Source: a virus
Strand: one strand, 5' to 3'
Length of the DNA stretch: 38,720 nucleotides
IMG/VR virus record: IMGVR_UViG_3300047325_000062
Span: 1-38,720 of that record
The position numbers and the translations under genes are program-made. A model generated the notes under the pieces. The model was given only the letters and a program-made list of their open reading frames with translations, was not told the DNA's origin and searched no databases. This document shows positions 25,779 to 32,212 of this stretch, one piece after another. How positions within the stretch are numbered: position 1 is the first letter of the stretch; every line of letters begins with the position of its first letter.

Positions 25779-25924
25779 ACTACGACCCCGTCCTTGCGCG
25801 ACCGCTCCAAAGCGCGCCGCACCGCCGCTGTCTGGCGTTTGGCGAGCATGCGCTTCAACGCCGGCGACAGAGGCCGCTTCGGCTTGAAGGGGGACGGCTT
25901 ACTAGTCGGGGTTTTATCACTCAC
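25775..25924 (-). CDS. Possible 49-aa basic peptide (GTG start)
   Basis: Hand translation gives VSDKTPTSKPSPFKPKRPLSPALKRMLAKRQTAAVRRALERSRKDGVVV. Its stop overlaps the next ATG (ATGA) and its start overlaps the nuclease stop. It contains one copy of the 31-bp repeat. Confidence 0.35.
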   Translation of the reverse strand: MSDKTPTSKPSPFKPKRPLSPALKRMLAKRQTAAVRRALERSRKDGVVV

Positions 25925-26426
25925 CCGATCGGTTTCCACTTTCGACGCGTCCACGAAGCCGGGCGCCGTGCTGAATCAGGAAGTCGATCGCTTCCTCCAC
26001 GCTCCGGCAAATCGGCAACACTGGAAAACCGGCCGCTGAAAGGCGGGGGTGGAGGTCCTTTTGCGACTTGGTCAGAACGCCATGACGATCCTTAAGCTCG
26101 ATCAGCCAGACCCGTCCATCGCCCCAAACCGCGATGTCAGGCCAGCCGGGCACCTGGCCCTGGGACCGGGCAAAAATGCTCGCCTGCCGGCCCTGGCGCT
26201 CCTGGACGTTCGCCTGGACGATGTAATCGGGAGGAACGATCGCGCGTAGCTGGGTGACGACAGCGCGCTGAATATCGCGCTCGTATGGATTGACCGCGCG
26301 CTCACCGCGCGACCTTTTCTTGCGGGCTTTAATCGGTGGATTTTCTGAAGAGCCGACAAGATCAGCGTAATCTGCCTCGCCGCGGTATAAGCGCGCTAGA
26401 TCGGCCTCAGAAATTCTAGCGGTCAT
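25917..26426 (-). CDS. VRR-NUC domain nuclease (169 aa)
   Basis: PD-(D/E)xK core GWPDIAVWGDGRVWLIELKDRHGVLTKSQKDLHPRLSAAGF. Preceded by ERDIQRAVVTQLR. Confidence 0.75.
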   Translation of the reverse strand: MTARISEADLARLYRGEADYADLVGSSENPPIKARKKRSRGERAVNPYERDIQRAVVTQLRAIVPPDYIVQANVQERQGRQASIFARSQGQVPGWPDIAVWGDGRVWLIELKDRHGVLTKSQKDLHPRLSAAGFPVLPICRSVEEAIDFLIQHGARLRGRVESGNRSGE

Positions 26427-26427
26427 G

Positions 26428-26967
26428 TCAGTTCTGCGTCAGAAACTGCGGTGAGGCCATCGCATCGCGACGAGGTCGCGCGTAAGCAATGTTGCAATGT
26501 GCGGTGCAGTAGGGCTTTCCGCGCTCAACTGGCTCGCAACAAAAAACAAAGCGGCCTGCCTTGACGGTCTTAACCGGCCAGGCGCACTCGCCATGCATCA
26601 CATAACGTTGCGGAGATGGTGGAGCGGTCCTTTCGATCGCTAGAACAGGCTTTTCCTCGACCGGTTTCGGCGAGGTGACAGGATCTACAGCCTCGCTCAA
26701 GCCGCCGGTGGCTTGCAGCTTGGCAAGCGTGTGTTTACCACGCACCTGAGACGGCCGCGGGGTGACTTTTGGTGCCGCATCTTCGGCCCTCCGCTTAATC
26801 GGAGATGGGCGGGACTTAAGACCCATTCGATGAGCAGCGCCGATGACACTGGATTTAGAGCATTTCATCTGCAGCGCAATGACCGAAGTCGTGTGGCCTT
26901 CAGTCCACAACCGGCGCAGCATGTCGCGTCTCTTCGGGTCGGCCCAGGCTGATAGACGCGTAGGCAT
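26428..26967 (-). CDS. gcrA: GcrA-family cell-cycle transcriptional regulator homologue (179 aa from ATG 26967)
   Basis: N-terminal HTH W..(8)..LRRLWTEGHTTSVIALQMKCSKSSVIGAAHRMGL, then a basic/Pro linker. C-terminal signature CAWPV...FVFCCEPVERGKPYCTAHCNIAY. The track ORF extension 26968-27096 overlaps the upstream gene. Confidence 0.8.
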   Translation of the reverse strand: MPTRLSAWADPKRRDMLRRLWTEGHTTSVIALQMKCSKSSVIGAAHRMGLKSRPSPIKRRAEDAAPKVTPRPSQVRGKHTLAKLQATGGLSEAVDPVTSPKPVEEKPVLAIERTAPPSPQRYVMHGECAWPVKTVKAGRFVFCCEPVERGKPYCTAHCNIAYARPRRDAMASPQFLTQN

Positions 26968-27443
26968 TACCTGTTCCCGCCCGAAAAATCCGCCGCCGGG
27001 AGCGATTCCCCGGCGGCGCAGGTGACTAGGGAGGAAACGGCCCGTGACGTGGGCAAAGCGATCGCCGCAGACGCGGTGATTCCGGGATGGGCGCAATCAG
27101 CCAACAGGAAATAGCCGACGCGAGGCTCGCATGCGATCTGCAGATGCGGCGCCACATCATTCAGCAGAAGCCGCAAACGCCACACGACGGTAAAAAGAAG
27201 ATTTCTGTAAGATTTTGTGCCGGGCTGAGAAAAAGAACCAACCGCTCGGATGAGGTCGCTGTAAGCCTTCACCTGGCCGACGTCGGCCAATGCTGCAAGC
27301 AGACGGGCCTGCTGTGCATGCATGCGATAGCGACCGCGCGGTGTGGTGAGGATGTGCGTCTGCAGGTCGATCGTGACACCGCCAGGCAGGTCAACGACGA
27401 AACCATGCATATACGGACAGGAGCTGCAGCATTCCAAACTCAT
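26967..27443 (-). CDS. OmpR/PhoB-type winged-helix DNA-binding protein with no receiver domain (158 aa)
   Basis: ...IDLQTHILTTPRGRYRMHAQQARLLAALADVGQVKAYSDLIRAV...YRNLLFTVVWRLRLLL...IACEPRVGYFL matches the trans_reg_C pattern. A Cys-rich N-terminus (CCSSCPYMH) precedes it. Confidence 0.6.
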   Translation of the reverse strand: MSLECCSSCPYMHGFVVDLPGGVTIDLQTHILTTPRGRYRMHAQQARLLAALADVGQVKAYSDLIRAVGSFSQPGTKSYRNLLFTVVWRLRLLLNDVAPHLQIACEPRVGYFLLADCAHPGITASAAIALPTSRAVSSLVTCAAGESLPAADFSGGNR

Positions 27444-27694
27444 TCCGAGGACTCCGTTACCTCGTCTGTCTTTGGCCGCGGAAATATGTCAGGTCGAAGC
27501 TGATGCGGATCGATACCGCTCAACCGGCTGATTTCCGCCACGTGGAGGGCCGGAGGACGGCGCCATGCTGATACCGCTTGCTTAGTGACCCCGAGGGCTC
27601 GCGCTAGACGCGTACCGCCACCCACGAGGCTTATCGCCCGCTGCAACGACTCGGTCTGACGGGATGCGTCATTATTGCGCTCGGCGTCTTCCAT
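27440..27694 (-). CDS. Cro/YdaS-like HTH regulator (84 aa from ATG 27694)
   Basis: AISLVGGGTRLARALGVTKQAVSAWRRPPALHVAEISRLSGIDPHQLRPDIF fits the YdaS/Cro-type HTH. It is the first gene of the leftward operon. ATGA overlap with the next gene. Confidence 0.7.
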   Translation of the reverse strand: MEDAERNNDASRQTESLQRAISLVGGGTRLARALGVTKQAVSAWRRPPALHVAEISRLSGIDPHQLRPDIFPRPKTDEVTESSE

Positions 27695-27724
27695 GCGCCC
27701 GAGCGAACCACCAAAAAAAATCGC

Positions 27725-27773
27725 AGTCAAGGCTAATTTGACCGTTGCGCTATGGGTCAACCTATGCTTGACT
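27725..27773. promoter_or_regulatory. Divergent early control region with nested inverted repeats and face-to-face promoter-like hexamers
   Basis: AGTCAAG (27725-31) pairs with CTTGACT (27767-73). TTGACC (27738-43) pairs with GGTCAA (27755-60). The + strand reads TTGACC-N18-CTATGC and the - strand reads TTGACC-N17-ATTAGC. Confidence 0.45.
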
Positions 27774-27835
27774 TGTTTCGACGCCAAGCCGCTCCTGCAA
27801 TCAAGCAGGCGGCTTGGCGGGCTAGGAGAGGTTAG

Positions 27836-28198
27836 ATGAAAACGATAGAAATTAAAAATCGCTGGAATGGCACGACGTTGTTCTCCTGCGAAATAACGCC
27901 GGACGTCGAGGACATGCCATACGGGCAACAGCTTGGTTTTGCCGTGAGAAAAGCACTGGCCTCAAACATCCGTCTGTCGGGCGCCGATCTGCGGGGCGCC
28001 GATTTGTCGGGCGCCGATTTGTCGCGCCGCGATCTGTCGCGCTGCGATCTGTCGCGCTGCGATCTGTCGGGCGCCGATCTGCGGAACTCCATGCTGTTGG
28101 GCGCCATTCTGCGAGGCACCATTCTGTTGGGCGCCATTCTGTCGGGCGCCTATTTGTCGGGCTCCATTCTGTTGGGCGCCGACGAGACGGTTGCGTAA
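27836..28198 (+). CDS. Pentapeptide-repeat protein, short paralogue (120 aa)
   Basis: A(D/N)LxG/R-type pentads: SGADLRGADLSGADLSRRDLSRCDLSRCDLSGADLRNSMLLGAILRGTILLGAIL. It shares its N-terminal 45 aa with the next gene. GGAGAGG RBS. Confidence 0.8.
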   Translation: MKTIEIKNRWNGTTLFSCEITPDVEDMPYGQQLGFAVRKALASNIRLSGADLRGADLSGADLSRRDLSRCDLSRCDLSGADLRNSMLLGAILRGTILLGAILSGAYLSGSILLGADETVA

Positions 28199-28266
28199 TT
28201 GCTTGAACGCCAGCCAGGTTAATCGTGGCTGGAATTCTGGCGATTGTGCGAACTAGGAGAAGCTAG

Positions 28267-29058
28267 GTGAAAACGATGGAAATTAAAAATCGCTGGAATG
28301 GCACGACGTTGTTCACATGCGAAATAACGCTGGACGTCGAGAATATGTTATACGGGCAACAGCTTGGTTTTGCCGTGAGAAAAGCACTGGCCTCAAACAT
28401 CCGTCTGTCGGACGCTGATCTGTCGGGCGCCGATCTGCAAGGCGCCTATTTGTCGCGCTGCGATCTGTCGGACGCCGATTTGTCGCGCTGTGATCTGTCG
28501 CGCTGCGATCTGTCGGGCGCCGATCTGCGAGGCGCCGATCTGCGAGGCGCCGATCTGCGGGGCGCCGATCTGTCGCGCTGCAAGCTATCGGGCGCCTATT
28601 TGTCGCGCTGCGATCTGTCGGACGCCGATCTGTCGCGCTGCAAGCTATCGGGCGCCGATCTGTCGCGCGCCGATCTGTCGCGCGCCAATTTGTCAACAGT
28701 CAAGCAGGACTTCCTTGCCGAAGTCCTACGCCTTCCTAACGAGCTTGAGGCGCTTAAAGACGCGCTGCTCGCGGGCCGAGTAGACGGTTCGATATATAGC
28801 GGAAGTTGTGCATGCCTGGCCGGTACCTTGGCCAAAGCGCACGGCATCAGCAATTATAACGGCCGTGACATTAACCTTGGCAACAATATTGTTTTTCATG
28901 CAAACGCCGAGAGTCCGCGGGAGATGTTCTTCACCGCCATACAGCCGGGTGACACACCAGAGAAAAATGGCGCGGCGCGGATCGCGCTGCAATGGACCGA
29001 AGAGGCTATTGCTATCCGGGACATGATCCGCGTTACCGCCCCCAGGGAGGCAGTATGA
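28267..29058 (+). CDS. Pentapeptide-repeat protein, long paralogue with a Cys-containing C-terminal domain (263 aa; GTG 28267 or ATG 28276)
   Basis: About 20 consecutive pentads (ADLSGADLQGAYLSRCDLSDADLSRCDLSRCDLSGADLRGADLRGADLRGADLSRCKLSG...). The C-terminal domain contains GRVDGSIYSGSCACLAGTLAKAHG. Confidence 0.85.
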   Translation: MKTMEIKNRWNGTTLFTCEITLDVENMLYGQQLGFAVRKALASNIRLSDADLSGADLQGAYLSRCDLSDADLSRCDLSRCDLSGADLRGADLRGADLRGADLSRCKLSGAYLSRCDLSDADLSRCKLSGADLSRADLSRANLSTVKQDFLAEVLRLPNELEALKDALLAGRVDGSIYSGSCACLAGTLAKAHGISNYNGRDINLGNNIVFHANAESPREMFFTAIQPGDTPEKNGAARIALQWTEEAIAIRDMIRVTAPREAV

Positions 29059-29396
29059 TGGGCACCCTCTACTACGAGCTTGAACGCGCCATCGGCTTTG
29101 ACGAGGCCGATTACCTGGAAGTCGCGGTCCATTTCATTAGCCGATGTACAGTGAAAGCCTACGCGGGCGACTGCACAGACCCGCCCTGGCCGGCCGAATA
29201 CGAGCACACGCTCGATGGCATGGAGATCATCGAGCCGGGCTGCCACGCGCCGCTGACCGATGCCGAGCGGGCACAAATCGCTGCTTGGTTTGAAACGCGC
29301 ACGCGCGAGTGCGACGAGCTGGCTGCGGCCGACGACGACTTTGGTGAGCGCGCCGACTACGAATACGACCGGCGTCGTGACGAACTGACTTTCTAA
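29055..29396 (+). CDS. Hypothetical acidic protein (113 aa)
   Basis: ATGA overlap with the previous stop. GGGAGG RBS. Confidence 0.6.
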   Translation: MMGTLYYELERAIGFDEADYLEVAVHFISRCTVKAYAGDCTDPPWPAEYEHTLDGMEIIEPGCHAPLTDAERAQIAAWFETRTRECDELAAADDDFGERADYEYDRRRDELTF

Positions 29397-29446
29397 CCCC
29401 CGCGCCGGCGCATCCTGACCCCCAGCCGCCAACAGGAGAAACCCCC

Positions 29447-29665
29447 ATGTCCTACATCTTCAACAAGGAACTCAACGCGATGGACACGGTCCACAAGGCG
29501 CTGGATGGCCTGACGCCGACCGAGCGCGCCCGCGTCATCGCCTGGGTGCAGGAGGTTTTCGAGGAGGCCGAACTGGCGGCGCTGGATGCGAAAACCGCTG
29601 CGGTTTTCGATGCGCCTGTCGGAATACCGGCAGTCGCAGCGGCGCCTGCGGCGGAGGCGGCGTGA
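29447..29665 (+). CDS. Hypothetical protein (72 aa)
   Basis: CAGGAGAAA RBS. Complete ORF. Confidence 0.6.
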   Translation: MSYIFNKELNAMDTVHKALDGLTPTERARVIAWVQEVFEEAELAALDAKTAAVFDAPVGIPAVAAAPAAEAA

Positions 29666-29841
29666 TGAATGACTCATACACCCGCCTGGCCGCCCACTGC
29701 CGCGCCGTCGCTGGCACCGAGCGCCCAATCAGCCCAGCGGTCTACGCAGGCGCGCTGCTGCACGCGGCGATGACCCTGGAAGCCTGGGCGTCAGACCTGG
29801 ATTGCATTGCAAACTTCGAAATCAGCGGAGAAAGCAAATGA
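29665..29841 (+). CDS. Hypothetical protein (58 aa, below the track cutoff)
   Basis: Hand translation gives MNDSYTRLAAHCRAVAGTERPISPAVYAGALLHAAMTLEAWASDLDCIANFEISGESK. TGATG overlap upstream and ATGA overlap downstream. Confidence 0.45.
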   Translation: MNDSYTRLAAHCRAVAGTERPISPAVYAGALLHAAMTLEAWASDLDCIANFEISGESK

Positions 29842-29945
29842 TCAGATACGCATTCGTCAAATGGACGCTGCTCACATGTTCATGTGTGCTGGCCGCAACA
29901 TTAGCCTACGCCTTCGTCGTGCTTTATGCGTGGAGTGTGCAGTGA
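29838..29945 (+). CDS. Possible 35-aa hydrophobic peptide
   Basis: Hand translation gives MIRYAFVKWTLLTCSCVLAATLAYAFVVLYAWSVQ. Start and stop overlap both neighbours. Confidence 0.35.
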   Translation: MIRYAFVKWTLLTCSCVLAATLAYAFVVLYAWSVQ

Positions 29946-30355
29946 TGGGCGTCATTTCGGAAAAGCTGATCAAAGCGTGCGAAGCGCAATATTCGCTCGT
30001 GCAAAATTCCCATCTAGTAGTATCGGCGCCTGCGGCAGTGGCGTTGCTCGGCATGGACGTTTGCGCTTTAGCCAAAGAGGTCGAGGCGGTGGAATGCCGC
30101 CAAATGAGCATCACGGCTCAGTTGCTTTCAAGCCGGCAGAAGGCTCTCGACACCGACGCCGCGCTGCGTCGGATTGCTGCTCAGCTTTCTGTGGCGCTTC
30201 AGCACGATGTGCCGGACTCTGTTGTGCGGTCCGCTGCTGCACATACAACCGCTGAAATACAGGCTTTGTTGGACCGAGACTCCCAGCCTCATAAGTTCAG
30301 CCGGCCGCGCGGCGACTTCCTGCGTGTGTTTGAGGGCGGGGCAGTCAAAAGATGA
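29945..30355 (+). CDS. Hypothetical protein (136 aa)
   Basis: In-frame ATG 29945 within track ORF 29807..30355. This start was chosen because it removes overlap with the two small coupled ORFs. Confidence 0.5.
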   Translation: MGVISEKLIKACEAQYSLVQNSHLVVSAPAAVALLGMDVCALAKEVEAVECRQMSITAQLLSSRQKALDTDAALRRIAAQLSVALQHDVPDSVVRSAAAHTTAEIQALLDRDSQPHKFSRPRGDFLRVFEGGAVKR

Positions 30356-30561
30356 CACAGCTTCGAGTTTTGCAGCGCAACATGACAGAGGCGTATGCAA
30401 CCGCCAGAATTCTGGCCATCTTAGCCCGCCGGATTCGCGCTCAAGCCGCGTCCGGAGACACTGTGGGACTTCAAGCCGATCTGAACGAAATGGCCCGGGA
30501 GGCCGCGGCCCTGTCTGAGATGATAAACTCGTGCGCCAAGATACGGGTCACAAGCTTATGA
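30352..30561 (+). CDS. Hypothetical protein (69 aa)
   Basis: ATGA overlap with the previous gene. Helical composition. Confidence 0.55.
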   Translation: MTQLRVLQRNMTEAYATARILAILARRIRAQAASGDTVGLQADLNEMAREAAALSEMINSCAKIRVTSL

Positions 30562-30731
30562 GCAAGGACGAAGCGCGAGTGCTGCTCGGCTATCTCTCTG
30601 AAATCATTTCCGATCTGCGCGATCTCGCCCAGGACGCTCCATTACATGTTGCAACGAACAGGACGCAGCATATTGCTGCGTTGCAAGAGGCAAGCCGCGC
30701 GCTGGCTGAAACCTTTGGAGTAAGTTCATGA
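30558..30731 (+). CDS. Hypothetical protein (57 aa)
   Basis: ATGA overlaps at both ends. In-frame ATG 30558 inside track ORF 30531..30731. Confidence 0.5.
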   Translation: MSKDEARVLLGYLSEIISDLRDLAQDAPLHVATNRTQHIAALQEASRALAETFGVSS

Positions 30732-31627
30732 ACGCAATTTCGAAAAGTAAGCTCAGGGCCGTTGCACCGAAGGCTGCCGCACCGGCCAAGCCTAAGGTTC
30801 TGATTTTTGGCGCTGCGGGTGTCGGAAAGACATGGACTGCGCTGGACTTTGCGGCCTGCTATTACATCGACACGGAAGGCGGCGCAAACCTCAAACGCTA
30901 CATCGAAAAGCTGGAGCGCAGCGGCGGTGTTTATCTCGGGCCTGACCAGGGCGCTTTGTCTTTCGACACGGTGCTGGAGCAGGTGCAGCTACTTGCCACG
31001 CAAAAGCACCCCTACCGTACCCTAGTCATAGATTCGGTTTCCAAGTTGTTTGGCAGCGCCGTCGCCCAGGAGGCGGAGCGTTTGGCGGACGCGGGAAAAA
31101 AGAATGAATTCGGCGCGGACAAAAAACCAGCGGTGGGCGCTATGCGTCGGCTTGTTTCCTGGCTCACGCGCCTGGATATGACGGTTCTGCTGATCGCGCA
31201 CCAGAAGGAGGAATGGGGCCTGAACGCGAAAGGCGAACGGGAAGCGATCGGCCAGACGTTTGATGCATGGGATCGTCTGGAATACGAGCTGCATCTGTGC
31301 CTGCAGGTGATTCAGCAGGGCAACAATCGCTTCGCCAAGGTTCGTAAGTCCCGGCTGGAAAATTTCACCAAGGGTGAATCTATGCCATGGTCTTACGAGG
31401 AATTTGCGACGCGCTACGGCAAGGAAACCATCGAAGAAGATGTGAAGCCGATTGAGTTAGCGAGCGATGAACAGCTTGCCGAAGTCCGTAAGCTCCTGGA
31501 AGTCGTCAAAATACCAGACGATCAGGAAGCCAAGTGGTTCACCGCTGCCGGCGTCACGTCATGGCCCGAGATGGACGCTGAAAAGGTGGACAAGATTATC
31601 AGCTGGCTGAAAGGGAAACTGCCATGA
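30728..31627 (+). CDS. Sak4-like AAA_24 (RecA-fold) ATPase, a recombination/annealing accessory protein (299 aa)
   Basis: Walker A VLIFGAAGVGKTWTA. Walker B YRTLVIDSVSKL. LLIAHQKEEW. Typical pairing with a downstream DUF669-type SSB. Confidence 0.8.
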   Translation: MNAISKSKLRAVAPKAAAPAKPKVLIFGAAGVGKTWTALDFAACYYIDTEGGANLKRYIEKLERSGGVYLGPDQGALSFDTVLEQVQLLATQKHPYRTLVIDSVSKLFGSAVAQEAERLADAGKKNEFGADKKPAVGAMRRLVSWLTRLDMTVLLIAHQKEEWGLNAKGEREAIGQTFDAWDRLEYELHLCLQVIQQGNNRFAKVRKSRLENFTKGESMPWSYEEFATRYGKETIEEDVKPIELASDEQLAEVRKLLEVVKIPDDQEAKWFTAAGVTSWPEMDAEKVDKIISWLKGKLP

Positions 31628-32109
31628 GGTTTACACCCAAAACGGAAGCCGAAATTGAGGCGGAAGCCGCTGCACGCGGCCCCTTCAAGCCAGGCATCTA
31701 CGATTTCGACGTGATCAACGCATTGGATGAAGTTTCCAAAAGTGGCAATGACATGATCACGCTTGAAATCCGGGTGTTTGACGGCAACGGGGAAACCAAA
31801 AAGATCACGGATTGGCTGGTCGATAAGATCGCCTACAAGGTACGTCATGCCGCCTACTCCGTCGGTCTTGGCCGCGAGTATGAGGCTGGCAAGCTGGAGG
31901 CCAGCGATTTCCTAAATCGCAGTGGCAAGGTAAAGCTGAAGATCAAGCAGGAAAATCCGTATCCGCCAAGGAATGTGGTTTATGATTATGTAGTCGAAGA
32001 CAAACCGGCGAACGTCTCATCTTCCCGGCCCCCAGCCCGCAAATCCGTCCCCGCAGGCGGCGGCGATTCGTTTGACGATGATATTCCGTTCGCTGCGGAG
32101 TGGCGGTAA
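31624..32109 (+). CDS. DUF669-type single-stranded DNA-binding protein carrying a DDDIPF motif (161 aa)
   Basis: N-terminus ...FKPGIYDFDVINALDEVSKSGNDMITLEIRVFD... (DUF669-like). An unstructured G/P/S linker follows, then DSFDDDIPF followed by AAEWR-stop. Confidence 0.7.
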   Translation: MRFTPKTEAEIEAEAAARGPFKPGIYDFDVINALDEVSKSGNDMITLEIRVFDGNGETKKITDWLVDKIAYKVRHAAYSVGLGREYEAGKLEASDFLNRSGKVKLKIKQENPYPPRNVVYDYVVEDKPANVSSSRPPARKSVPAGGGDSFDDDIPFAAEWR

Positions 32110-32212
32110 CCCGGACGCATGACTCTCATAGCCGACGATCACGCCGCACCGCCGCTGTCTGGCGTTTGGCGATCCGCATTTTCGCGTGTGCCAGGCTTGA
32201 GGAGAAACCCAA

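Noticed and set aside
28313-28783. Alternative-frame ORFs through the pentapeptide region (- 28313..28696, + 28490..28783)
   Set aside because: These are by-products of the 15-bp periodic DNA. The annotated frame gives canonical A(D/N)LxX pentads and is shared with the paralogue.
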